DNA of 64,000 nt from Pelomyxa schiedti (taxonomy: Eukaryota > Protista > Evosea), in contig JAHLWZ010000253.1 of NCBI GenBank assembly GCA_020536535.1, forward strand, positions 1 to 64,000. The letters run 5' to 3'. The notes below the pieces were generated by a model. The model was not told where the DNA came from. It ran no database searches and worked only from the letters and a program-made list of their open reading frames with translations. Position 1 is the first letter of the stretch; the number at the start of each line of letters is the position of its first letter. Both the position numbers and the translations under genes were made by a program. Positions 1 to 13,000 of the stretch are shown here, one piece after another.

Positions 1-657
1 TCCCTTTACATATACTCTGGTGAACTTGAGTACCCCCCGACGGAACAATTCCACTGCAGGTGAATTCCACTCCTCCACCAATAAACAACTTACTTTTCCC
101 CAGATCAGCTGATGACAAATTTCCGGCTCTTTGCGGTTCTTGAGCTCTTCATGGCCTCTTGGGGTCTCTTCCGCTCTTTTTCTCAACACACTCACACCCC
201 AGTCTGCTTTTCCCGTGTTTTTAAATAAAGCACCCGTTTTCTGTTGTTGACACATTTCTTTAATTGAAGTTTGAACTTTGGGACTCGCACTTTCCATGTA
301 GAAATGGGGAACAATAACCTCCTCCCTTTCTTGTGCCTAGAATCTGTACAGTAAAAGAAGAGCGCAAGACTCGCATCCGAAATTATAACAGCAAGCCCAC
401 CAGATAAGAACAGTTGTTGAAGAGAGGCTCATGGAATTGCCCTGGTCTCACCTCTCAACCTCGCAGAACAGGACAACCTTCCAGTTGTTACTACAGTTAC
501 AGTTGAGGAAAGGGGCAATGTCCATGAGCCTCTGCGCAACAACAAGGCACCCACTCTCACTCTGTGTGGCACATTGGAATTCCTTGTTGAACAGTTGTTG
601 CCTTCATCCACATAGTGACGTTGCAGTTGGTGAAATGATTGTTGTTACGTCATCCAT
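1..657 (-). CDS. Hypothetical multi-exon gene, runs off the window's left edge (structure uncertain)
   Basis: Short open segments with GT..AG-like boundaries on the minus strand (e.g. ...HEELKNRKEPEICHQLIWGK|gtaag near 95); no recognisable domain. Confidence 0.25.
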
Positions 658-714
658 TTGGAGGGGAACATTGAGGCGCTATTTGTTGAATCAGAAAATA
701 TTTTTACTTTCTGG

Positions 715-1356
715 TCACTGCCACCCAATGATTTCGACAGTGAGGCTGAACTTGCCATTGGCTGTTCCTTGCATTTCAACCAAGAGAGTATGAGCTACGG
801 GATCGTAGGGAAGCCACATGTTTGTGCTGTTTGTTGACCATGCAGCTTGGGTAAATGAGTGTGAGTCGACAATAAAGTAGCATCTTGTCTGCGTTTCGTG
901 TTAGCAGTTCTATTGGCAAATTTTAGTTTTGTGCACACTGGAAGGGATGAAATGACCCATATCACACGCGATTCGACAGGTCCTGAATTTCCAAAGTCAG
1001 AGAAAGCGTGCACAAGAACCTATTTAGATTTCTTGTGAGTGGTTGTTTGCTCCTCACTCATATTTCACACCTGTGTGGCCTGCGGAGGAATGTTTACCAC
1101 ATTAATATGCCCATCACCCAAAAGACTGCTTTTGTGCTGTCTCATATGGTATTGGATTCCACATAGGCATGCGAATTCCCATTGTAGCGAGGGTCAGTGG
1201 ACCGGCAATGCCGTCTACGGTGAGACTATTGTTGGCTTGAAACTGTTTGACTGCTGCTTCTGTTGCCGGACCAAATGTTCCATCTGTGAGGATAGACAGG
1301 GCCCTCTGAAGTTGTTCAACAAGTGGGCCTTGTGACCCTCTACGCAACAGTGCCAT
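715..1356 (-). CDS. Peptidoglycan-binding (PG_binding_1) domain protein with an uncharacterised C-terminal beta-rich domain, 4 exons
   Basis: MALLRRGSQGPLVEQLQRAL..DGTFGPATEAAVKQFQANNSLTVDGIAGPLTL is a canonical PG-binding domain; three GT-AG introns give a continuous ~160-aa ORF ending ...VEIIGWQ* (TGA 715-717). Confidence 0.85.
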
Positions 1357-1536
1357 TCGGGTATTTTTTTTTACCAATTTGTTTCTTCTTCTCTTCTGTG
1401 GAGGATTCTTAAACCTGGAGGAATCCTTCGTTGCGAGAACGGGTATCCAGCGTATGTCCTGAAACCCCAGGCTTGCTCTGCCCACACCGGAACTCCCTGG
1501 ATCGGGATTTTATCTGTTACTTTGAAGGCAAGGGAA

Positions 1537-4500
1537 ATGGGAGCGCAAACATCGTCAGGGGGTGCGCACAAGGTCAACAGTCCTCCCGAAACATCGCCTC
1601 CCGGCATCTCTAATGCCAGAGGGCCCATTCCGCTCAAGTGCCAGTGCGAATTACTGTCTGGACGTGACCCTTGGCACACAAATGCACGTCGCTACCACCA
1701 AACCAACGAACAAAAAGCACCCCCATAATGCCGTTGCAGCCAAGCAGACACTGCCACATCAACGGGCCACACACGCCACACTTTGTACAATGTATATGTA
1801 GTAATGTAACATGTGGAAAAAGGCACTTGAGGAATACTCTGTGAAGAGCGTGCGGTTCAGTGATGGACCATGTGGGGTCCGAGGCTTGGGATGCACTGAA
1901 CAATCCAGTGATTGTTTTGCCTGCCCGGTTTCAATGGGTGCTACTTTTGACCCGGACTTGATCTACCAAGTTGGTGTGGTGCGTGCTCTGTTCTTCCTCT
2001 TATTTGCTTTCCCTATTTCGCTGAACACTGCATACCATGTCAAATAGGCATTGGGAGAAGAATGTATTTCGAAAGGAGTGACAGTTCTACTAGGGCCAAT
2101 GGTAAATCTTATCCGGTAGAAACCAAAGATATTACATATATGCAAACTTAAAAACCAACACAGTCACCCACTTGGGGGGAGAAATTTTGAAATGTTTTCA
2201 GAGGACCCATATCTCTCAGGCTTGATGGCTGTAGCTTATATAAATGGCGTTCAATCACAAGTACAAACTCAGTTACTTTAAGATTTGGTTGACAAGCAAA
2301 AGGGAGTTGGTTGTTGTATCAAGCACTTTGTGTGCAACGATACAGAGATATATAGGATGTCAATTAGCGTTGAAATTAGTGAACGCCCACTACGTGAAGT
2401 CTACTGTCTCCCGTTCGAGATGGCAATACAACATGCCAAGTTACCTATTATTTCCTGTATATCCCACAAGTAACCACTCTTGAAGTCCCTGGGCTGTCAT
2501 GACAGCATACAATCGAATTAAGGGAGCTCACTGTAATGAGAGCCCCCTCGTGGAAACAATTCTGCGTAAAGAACTGCAATATGACGGATTGGTTGTTTCT
2601 GATTGGTATATGCTTTTACTTCTAGGCTTCACTTGACATCAAGTTAGGGGAGGCACATACAGTTTCAATATATTGAAATACGACATGCTCGATCTAGAAA
2701 TGCCCAAGCCACACTTTGCTGGATCTGAGTCCTTACTACTTGCAAACAAGCAAGGAATTATATCTACTAGTTCAATTGAAAAAAGGGTATGAATTTTAGT
2801 CCTCAAGTACTTTTGTACAACAACCACAAAAAAAACCTAAAGGTTTCTAGAATACTTGAAATTGTGGAGCGAAGACGAGAGTTAGTTGAAGAAAAACCTC
2901 AGCCGCTACGCCATGTGTAACATTTTGTGTGTGTATTCGATTTTCTGTAACCTACCCCAGAGGCATCTTGCGGAAAGCAGCTGCAGAAAGCATTGTTCTT
3001 TTGAAAAATACTCATAATCTATTACCCTTATTACCACAAAAATTTACCAAGTATGGGTACTAATTCAACTCCTTCCTTTCACAACGATCAGAGGAATTGC
3101 AGTAATTGGAGAACCTGGAATGTACGTCCATCCTTGGAGAAGTGGTGGCGGTAGTGCATCCGTTTTTCCTCATTACATGGTTTCTCCTTTCCAGGGTATG
3201 ACACCATTTCCTACAAGACAATTCAGAGCATAATAAAGGAATTCAATCCCGTCTAAGTGATACCGTTCCGTTGTTCTATTCTGTTGGTTGTGTCTTCCAC
3301 AACAACACCCCACCTCCTCCAATGGAATGGTTCCAGTCTGATACAGGTTTTAAACCGCTTTTGAGTCAGTCCTATTAATCACTTTAGATGAAAAGAGTGC
3401 ATTAGACGTTGATTACTATGACAGCACTGGGTCCTGTGTGGCACATACTATTATTCGACAGGTTAATTTCATTCGATAGGTTTTCTCTAAAACTTACAGA
3501 CACATCTTCATTGGAGTGACACTGCCACACTGCCTGCTGGTCTTGGCTTTCCGTTCAAATGTGTAATTCATGGCAAATTCCAACCCCCACATCCAGGTAT
3601 CTGCCCAAAAATATCTTTCAAATACTAAACAATTTTTTTCTATTACTTTCTAAGGTCCATACTGTTTTAGCATTGAGACATCAAGTACAGCCACACTTTT
3701 CCTTAATGACAAACCCATAGTCTCCTCCAAGCCTGGCCCACAAAGGTGCCCTCTGCACATTATTATTTATAGTAACTCGTAAAGGATAATAATTCACTTT
3801 GGAGAGCCGATGCCATCAATCAATCCCGAAGCAGAAAGCACTGGAAGCCCATCTCCTCTAGTGACAAGCCCAGGTGGCACCCTGGATTCTTCCACAGCAG
3901 TTTCGGCAGCCATACCACAAACAGATTGGCTCCCCTCAAAGGAGTGGCTCAATATACGCTGTGAATTTGAGAGTCCAAACGAACGCCATTCCAGTGCATT
4001 TTTGCACATCAATTGTCTACCAGATTACATGAACTTCTCTGCGGAACGTACAACTGGTTTAATACAAAATGCGGTGAAGCTGGCTGCATCAGTCGATTGC
4101 GTTGTATTAGTATGTGGAGTAGGCAGGTACTATTAATAGGTTTAAACCTTTTCTAACTGAAAATGCAGTGGCTATGAAAAAGAGGGTGAAGACAGGTACC
4201 GAAGCATTGTTTGCAATTTTTGGTTAACACTAAACAGGCGAGACATGTGCCTTCCGGGATCTCAAAACGAGCTTATTGAAGCAGTCTGTAGAGCAAATAG
4301 CAATACTGTTGTCGTTGTTCTCAGTGGATCTCCAATTGAGTGCCCTTGGATTTCTCTACCTGATGCTGTGCTTCATGTATGCTTTTGTAATTTGGTACTA
4401 TTTCAAATAACACAAGTGGAGGGTTGGTACTTGGGCCAAGAAACAGGAAACGCGATTGCGCAAGTCCTTTTCGGAGAAGTTAATCCATGTGGCAAATTGC

Positions 4501-5208
4501 CTATCACAATTCCAAGAAAGCTTCAGGTATCAGGTAGTTGAGTAATACCTCTAATTCCCAGTAGCACTCTCCAGCTTATGTTGGCTATCCTCCTGGCACA
4601 GATGTATGCTCCCACCTTCTAATCTTTCTTACAAAATGTAGATTCTCTATGGAGAAGGTATACATGTTGGGTATCGCTATTACGAAAAGTGTGATTTGAC
4701 ACAAAGTTGTGTATTATTTCCGTTCGGTTTTGGTCTGTCATACACCACGTTCGAGTGGAGGTTAGTTTCGCTTTACAGTCCCGTCTCACGCCCTTTTTAG
4801 CAACATACTTGTACCCGAAGTAGCCGTGGGTGATATAAATGGGTCCCTTGTCGTAACCAACACTGGCCGATTTCCCGGCAAAGAGGTACAGCTCAACTGA
4901 ATTCCATGCACTCCCGCAAAACTTAAGAACCTCAGATCGTTCAAGTGTATCTCCACAAACGCAGCTCATTCAAGCAATCTCACCCAGAAGAGGAATTGGT
5001 CTGCATCAGGGCAGTTTTCCTTGCTCCAGGCGAGTCTCTGACTGTAGATTTCTGTGTGCATCAGATGTCTTTCCGATACTATGATGATTCCTGGACATGC
5101 TGGTCTCTGGATCCCGGTATAATGCAGCTGAGAATTTCTCGTTCCTCAGCAGACCACGTTGCCACAGTAGCTGTTAAATGGTCACCCAAAAAGACAAGGG
5201 TAGACTGA
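1537..5208 (+). CDS. Glycoside hydrolase family 3 beta-glucosidase (GH3 N, PA14 insert, GH3 C, FnIII), many introns
   Basis: Spliced motifs [41 protein letters not shown], nucleophile [66 protein letters not shown]. Confidence 0.95.
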
Positions 5209-5294
5209 TGAAGAAGGGGAAAAAAACTTTTTTTTTTTTTCCTATGAAATCCTAAATTTAGGGCAGGAAGGTGGTACATTGGGGGTTTGTGTGC

Positions 5295-8044
5295 TCAGAG
5301 GGAGCCCAGCTTGTGCCACATGACTTCGGCATAGCGAGGGATTGGCCACTTGGCGCCATCTGTGATTGTCTCGAGTTTGTCACAGTGCTCCCTGACTGCG
5401 AGCATGGCAGCACCAACCTGAACATTGAAGGCAAAAGCTTGGTCTTGGCCATGGCTACGAAGTGCCTTTGGGTAAAAAAAAAAGCGTTAATTGATGGTGC
5501 TTCTGGGTATGGAAGTGTGAAAAGCTACCTTGCCAATGGCGGTCTCCAGGGCGTTTGCGGAGGTAATCAGGGCATTGAGGTGATTGGTAACAGACACCAG
5601 AAGCTGTCGTTGTTGTTCCACTGAACTTGTGCCAACAATAGCACGAGCGCTGTTAATAGCCTCGGCAAGAGAACCCTGGAAACTACACAATGGTGTTGGT
5701 TGTAAAATTTCTCCCGTTTGTTGTACATACTGGGTAACAGCGGGAACGATGAGTGAGCGAGCCATGTCCAAGCAGCACTTAGCCTCTACCTCAACAGACT
5801 TGACGTAGAATCTTCTGAACATGTGGCTAAGAGCCTTCAGTTCAACTTCACTCAAGACCTTCAGGCTTGAGAAGAGCTGTCTGTTCTTGGGAGAATCCCA
5901 CAGAGCAAGTGCCTTTGCAGTGGTGTCGATATTAACAAGACCGCGCTTGGCGCACTCGTTACGGTAGGCTTGAGAATAGCAATCACTGTTTAACGTAAGC
6001 GGGGTTGTTGTGTTCAAGTTAGATACCCATTGTAGACTATACGCTGAGATACTGTGAGTGTGTCTCGAATAACTTTATCAAAAGCAACAACTGGTGCTGT
6101 GTTGGCAGAAAGAAGGGCTTCGACCTCATCGCACATTGCATGTAGGGATTGGGCAACTGCGTAAAATTAGGTATAGATCATTAAATGCTGGGAAGAACCT
6201 ATGGTGTTCATCACACAGATTGGGATGGCGCAGTCTTGAGAGGACCCAACAGCTCGGAACTCGAACCTATTGCCTGAAAATCATAAGTGCGCAAGTGAGT
6301 CTACTGTAGTACTCACCAGTGAAGGCCATGGGGGACGTGCGGTTCCTGTCACACATATCGCGCTTAATGACAGGGATTTGAGGAACGCCAAAGTCAAGTG
6401 TTTCCTTGCCGAGAATTCCAGAAACTTTTTTGCCAGCGACAATAGAATCAATGATCTTAGGAAACTTAGGTTGGAACTATACCCCATTCCTCCATACCGC
6501 CTGTAAATCTTCGCCAGTATAAACAGTGATGATGCCGGGTGGTGCCTCCATGCCTCCAAGTCGGAATTCATTTCCGGGACATGCAATTGTGGCACGGAGT
6601 AAATCAGAGTGAAGGTTGCAGGCACGCAGGAAAGCAGCAAGGAAGAACATGAAAGGTTTGTTTTCCGCCGGGCGTGGACCAGGGTTATACAAGCTGCCAA
6701 ATGCATTGTCTATACTCCAGTTAACATGCTTTCCACTACCATTTACAGCAGCAAATGGCTTTTCGTGAAGAAGGCATGCAAGCCCGTGCTCTTCACATAC
6801 ATCTTCAAGAACCTATTCTATGTAAATAAAAAGGCCAATTCACAAAAATAAAAAGGAAACCTGCATCATCATCGTGTTTTGTTCAACAGCGACAACTGAG
6901 GGTCCGTGATAAGGAACCAGCTCGAACTGAGCTGGAGCAACTTCGTTGTGGATCTGAGTGACAGGCACGCCAAGTTCCCACAGACGAGCATGTGCAGCCT
7001 AGAACGGCATTAACATAGGAAAAACCCTTTAGAGTTTTGATGATGGAAAGAGATTACCTTCAAACAGTTGCGAACACGGGCGGGGAGGGGCCCCCAGTAA
7101 TGATCAGATAGTTGTTGACCTAAGGCTGGGGGTGCTCCCATTACAGTGCGGCCTGTTAGGAACAAATCTGGTCGCATTGCAAACAGCTTTCTGTCCACAA
7201 CAAAAATTTCCTGCTCAAGCCCAACGCAAGAGCGCAAATCGGTGTTCTTGACTGCTTGAGAAGGCTAACAGCAGAGTCAAAAAAAAAGCAAAAGGAAAAA
7301 AGAAAAATCTTACCACAAGTCTGTTGAAGAGCTCAAAGAACCTCTTCCCCGCTGTGACAACAGCTGTCTCACTTCTCATCAAATGGAGAATTGGTCCTGT
7401 AGCTTGCCCGTACATAGTTCCAAAAATGGCAGGTATGTACAAGCAATCATACATAATGAAAGGCATAGAAGTTGGGTTCCATGCAACGTAGCCGCGTGCA
7501 AAGGACGTTCCACGAAGTCCACCACTAAAAACCCGCAAAAGGTCAGACCAAGGACGGGGAAAAACGAGAAACAAATACTTGGGGAAGCTGGACCCGTCAG
7601 TCTCACCCTGAACAAGCATTTTGCCAGAGAACTTCGCGATGGGTTCCACGTCCCTGGGCCTGTCGGGTCTGCTCTGAAGAGCCACAAAGTAGACGTCCTT
7701 TGTAGCGGCGTGTGTCCTGAAGGGCTTGAACCAGTGGGTGAAGCAAGTCACTCCGTGAGAAAGTGCCCACGCCTTGAGTGCGGCTGCCACGGCGTCGGCT
7801 GTCTGGGCATCAATTGGCCGGTTGCCAACAATCGCTTCCTGCACTTTGACGTACAGCTCGGGTGACATGCGCTCCTGTTTAGGATTAAAACCCCGGACAC
7901 CATGGCATGCAACGACCCAGTAAAACAGCAAACGGGGGGAAAAAAAAAAAAGAGGGGCCGAATGTGTACCTTCATGACGGCATCGGAGAACACTTTGGAA
8001 CCGAAAGTGCTCATCATATCCGTTGTTGGTCTGCTGGCAGCCAT
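5295..8044 (-). CDS. glnN: Glutamine synthetase type III
   Basis: [94 protein letters not shown] and C-terminal CDKLE..WPIPRYAE. Confidence 0.95.
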
Positions 8045-8325
8045 GGAGCCGAAGATCCTTGTTTTTTGTTTTGTGTTTTCGAAAGACACGAATTCGGCGA
8101 GCGTCTCAAACAGGAAGGAGGGTAAATTTCATGGAGATCTGCGTGCACTTCTAGATGTGTCTTCCTCCGAACTAGTTGCGTTCAGCCTCTCAGTTCCTCT
8201 TTTCCCCCATTCCACATGACCGTGAGCCGTCAGTAATTGTCCTCATCGTTCCAGTGGGTGGTCTCTGGAGTTTCTTGGTTCTCTCCGTCAACGGATCTGT
8301 TGTATCCTTTCCACACCGCCAGCCA

Positions 8326-9976
8326 ATGCACGAGCACACAACAGGACACGGGAAGGGTTGCAGTCACTGCCACGCGGAGCCAGGCAGCAGCAGGCCCGTG
8401 GACGAGTGGCAGCCCATGTTCTCCAGGCTATACATGGACGCACCGCCCGACAAAAAGCGGCTCTTTGACGACGAGTTGGAGAACGCCCCCCCGCCTTACA
8501 CTTGGTCCGGTGCCCCAGACCGCGTGCCTTTGCCTGCGCAGGTAGCTACCTGTCTAGATCCACCACACACAGTTCCTCTGCTTGTGAATGTGAAGGATTG
8601 TGGGTTGCTGCAGACGCTGACATGCATGTGCGTTGGGCATTCTATTGACTGTACAATACAGGGAGGCAGCAGCGGAGACGCAGTTACTGGGGAGCTTTTT
8701 GTGGGACCGTATGAGGCCCTGAGCACAGTGGCGATGCAACATGTGTTGCTCCTCTGCGATCCGCCCCCGGCAGTATCACCGTGGCCTCCTGGTGTCAGAG
8801 TGGCAAATGCAAGCTAAATCCACTATAGACATGTTGCTAACAAGACATGACAATTAGGTTATGGAGCTACAAGTTCTTGATGATTACAGGTCGGTTTTTT
8901 GCTTTCGAGTATCCCAATAATCTCCTTAGGGAGCATGTTATGCATCACTTCATGCCTGCCATAGGTTTTATAAGAAACGCCATAAACAATCGCCAGCAGA
9001 TACTAGTTTGCTCGTTGGGCTCTTTTCTTCCTTTGTCCCTCTAAAAATTTTTCTCAAAAGAAAGCGCGGGGTTAGCAGGGCACCGTGCTTTATAATCGCG
9101 TTTATTTTGAAGGAGCTACAGTATGCTTTTCCATTCTATGTTGAAAAGGGGTGGGATAAACAAAATGCTCTATTCTTGAGGCATAACCTATTACAAAGTT
9201 CAATCTCTCAGTTAAAACAAGTAATTAACTGCAGTTAGTATTAACTTTACTGAGGCGCTGAGAATTGTAAAGCGAGCACGTTCAGTTTTTCTGAACGAGG
9301 GCTTTGAACGGCAATTGAACATGTTTGCTGCCACAGGGTGAGTTCCCTTCATTAGAATACCACTTTTAATGTTCCTTCTCGCCTAATATTTTTCAGGTGC
9401 GATCCATGTGGCGGCAGAACTTTGTTGCACAAACACGTACGACTGCGAGTTCTTTCCGGATTACAGAGTATCACAAGTTTTAAAACAACATTATTAACCC
9501 TCCTGAAGAGGCAACAAGACCAATCACTCCAGAGATAGCTGCATTTTCTGTTTCCACTCCTTACCCTCATATTGGGCCATGTTTTCATTGCAAGACTTGT
9601 GGGCACCATTTATTTTGTGACATTAATGTTATGCCGCACTCCTGTCTTGATGTTACAACGACTGCTTCTTCTGTTTCTCTTGTACCGATTTCTTGCCATT
9701 TTGCAGTATACTCATGCCGTGCAGGACACTTCAGACACGGCTCCATGCAATTTCTTACACACTGAAGTTCTTTCTTGGATGCTTCAGGCTCCTGCTATCT
9801 GGGGAAGCTCTCGTGGTGATATCCTTTGTGCCACCTGCAACAGCACCCTAGGGACTTTCAATTGGCAAGGAAAGTACTGTTCTTGCAAGTACCTCTTCCA
9901 ACCAGGTTTCCAATTCAATAAACTGTGCATCACCCCATCCCTGGCACCAGATGACACCAACCACACAAGCTTCTAA
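8326..9976 (+). CDS. DUSP12: DUSP12/Yvh1-like dual-specificity phosphatase with C-terminal zinc-binding domain; catalytic Cys apparently lost
   Basis: DSP fold remnants (HFMPAIGFI, ILVCSKRGVSRA, LNEGFERQL) plus Yvh1 Zn domain (GDILCATCNSTLGTFNWQGKYCSC..PGFQF). Confidence 0.85.
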
Positions 9977-10060
9977 ATCACAATCAACCCTTTGGTTTCT
10001 TCTCAGAAGAGTCCGATCAACTTCTTTTTTTAAAAAAAGGGATCCCTCGCTCACTGCACG

Positions 10061-13000
10061 ATGGTTGCTTTTTTTTTTTTTTTTTTTGGTTGTTATGCAT
10101 GAGCATCTCACCACTTTTTTTTTTTGATACAGTCATATTTGCCATGGGAGAACAAGGGAAATGAAGTATCAAGGAAAGACATTCTGTTGGATTTTGGTCT
10201 AGGTTCTTCTTTTGCACCATTTTTGGGCCACTTTCGATTTGTGTGCATTGACTGGCAACAGAGGGTGAGGATGATGTGGACAATGGAGAAGAGGTTGGAG
10301 ATGGAGATGGAGACGGAGATGAAAACGATGAGAGAAGCCTTTCTCAGGACATTCTCGATGGTGATGACGTCGATGGGAGTGCGGAGCCTGTTGTGGGTAA
10401 TGTTTTGTTTCATTCCCAACTGTACAGTATGAGAGGACTTGAGCTTAATTTTTTTTTTTTTTGTTTCCCTTTTTTGTTTCGCTTCTTGGCACAGACTCGA
10501 GTGCCTTTGATGCTGAGATACAGTCTCTTAAAACTCAACTCCAAGAAGCATTGGATGAAGTTGCACATAATAAGCAGGCATATGAACAGGAAAAAACTGA
10601 GACAAAGAGACAAATGGCCTTACTCCAATCCAAAATGAAGAAGGAACGTGAAGACAAGGTTCAAATGCAAAGCAGTGCAATTCCATTTATTTACGGACTC
10701 AAATAGGAAAAAGAGTTGAAAGATCTTATGTATCAATTACAACAGTATGAAGAGCAAGACACCAAGTCGTCCAAGACGAAGTATATCCTTATTCTATGAC
10801 GCATTCTATTTACATTTATACCTTTAAGTGAAGCAACCTTGGAGGAACTGGCTACAATTACCAAACAAAATGAGGAGCTCAAGAATACTCTTTCAGCTTT
10901 GAAAAAACAAGGTAATACAAACACTCTATTAGCAATTCCAATTTGAACCAAAAAAAAGTGGTTACTCTGCATAGTTCCGCTTCAACTGCTTCTTTGTATG
11001 TATCCAAAATATTTTAAATATCTAACAAAATAAAAATAGAGTTGGTCTGAGCAGCAAATCCATGAAATACCTCAATAGAACGAAAAGTCTTCAAGCATTA
11101 TTTTCTGAATACAACAAGCTTCACACTTCTAGCTCTCAATTTGTGGAACAACTTAGCAATGTGAAGTCTTCATTAGACTCAGTAACTCCATCAACTGCTC
11201 TCTCCAACCTGGATGGAGACCAAGCTTCTAATTTGGTAATTCTTGAACATAGTTCATCAAGGCTCCTCACTAAGCCAAAGGCAGCACTAAGATCTGAACA
11301 TGAGGAGCTCAAGTCGTCACATGCACTTTTATCTTCCAGTAACCAAGATATGGCAAATACCATTTCCACCTTGAAGGAAGACCTCAAAACCTCTAAAGCC
11401 GGTTTTTTCCCCTGTTCTTTCCCCTCCCCACCTAAATAGTACATAGAAACAAAAAAGGCAAACAAGCAAAAGCACGAGACCGCTAAGGAGGCAGAGGCAT
11501 TACAAAGAAGGGTGACTGAACTAGAAGAAGGCATGCAGATTACCCATCTTCTCATTTTCTGACTCTAAATGCTCTTACACAGAGTTAGAGAAGTGTAGAC
11601 ATGGTGTGTCTTCCGTGATCCACTGTGAAAAGCTAACGAGTGCCACAACTAGATGCAGTAGAGAAGGGTGAAAATATCAATTCCCTAAGCAAGCAGCTAA
11701 GCAAGCTTGAAAAAGTACTTCCCACAAAAAAAATATATCTCCTTAATGCAGCTAGTCTGCAAATAAAGCTGAAACGACTTGCAAAGAACTTGAACAGTCT
11801 CTCCTTGCAGCTCAAGAGACTGAAAAGGAATTTAAATCTCTGCTGGACAAATCAAGTGAAAAAGATGTTGAAAACCTTCAACTGGTAGAATCCCTTAAAC
11901 GAGAGCTGGAGATGCTCAAAGAAGAGAAAGAGGAAAGTACTAGAGTGATAGGGAAACTGAAACAAGAAAACGGAGAGAGCAAAAGAATCGGCGACCAAAT
12001 GATGCAGGAAAAAGATGAGTACAAAAAATTGCTAAACCAGATGAGAGAAGAACAAGCCGAAAGAAACAAGGTCATTGAGCAGTTCGTGCAAGAAAAAAAG
12101 GAATGTACAAACCAATATGAAGCTCTGGCCCAAGAAAAAGCATCTCTAAACAAGGAAAATGAAAGTATCAAGGAAGAAGCTGAGGCCTTGATGGAAAAAC
12201 TGACTCATCTGCAATCAGTAGTACTGAAATCACTCTCAAAAGTACTAACGATCCTTCCAGCAGCTAGAAACCGCCAAAAAAATGGCTTCTGCTGGAAAGG
12301 AGGAATTAAAAGAACACATGGCGAAGATAGAGCAAGAAGCACAGGAAGCCATATCACGAGAAGCCAAACACCACAAAAAAGTGTGTTTTGGCAACCAACT
12401 TCACTATCATCCTTAAGGTGCATTTTCGTCAAGGAACTGGCGCAAGCAGAAAAACTACAAAAAAAGACACAAACCAAAATGGCTGAGCTTTCAGAGCAAT
12501 TGGTAATTTGATGTAATACTGTAAATCAAGGTCTCTTTTTAACGATAGTTAGAAAGAAACGCTTGAGAAGGTTGATGGCTTGGAATTGGAGAAAGGAAAA
12601 CTGCAAGAAACTGTACGTGAGTAGTACTTTCTCTAACTAAAAGTGTTCAGATCTCAAGCCTGGAAATCCAACAGGCTCACACCGCAACTGAGCTCGAGAG
12701 TCTCAAAAGCTCCATGCAATTGTGAATGATTTCCCCTTTTTTCCTATACCAAAACTCTGAAGCTAATTATTGTAAAAGGCTTCAAGAGGAAAGAACTGCC
12801 CTCCAGCACCAAATCCTTGGTAAAACCTCTCACAGGTAGTGACTGTTTTCCGACTTATTCCTTCCAGAAGAGAAGAAAAAACTGGATGATTGTAGAAAAC
12901 GTGAACTGGATCAGTTTGAGGACAATGACAGTAAAATGAAAAACCAAGTAAAAAGGTTTTCTTCGTGGCATCCTTTCTAAAATCAACATTCCTCCCAGGG

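Noticed and set aside
1114-1175. Apparent premature stop after the PG-binding domain (pseudogene or alternative code)
   Set aside because: Resolved by a 37-nt GT-AG intron; the standard genetic code fits all genes examined
8302-8310. GTATCCTTT perfect U12 donor motif
   Set aside because: Upstream of the likely ATG (8326) with no matching branch site or acceptor identified; probably chance or 5' UTR
10781-10828. ATATCCTT in a kinesin intron suggesting a second AT-AC intron
   Set aside because: No in-frame AC acceptor; the GT(10781)-AG pair restores the frame
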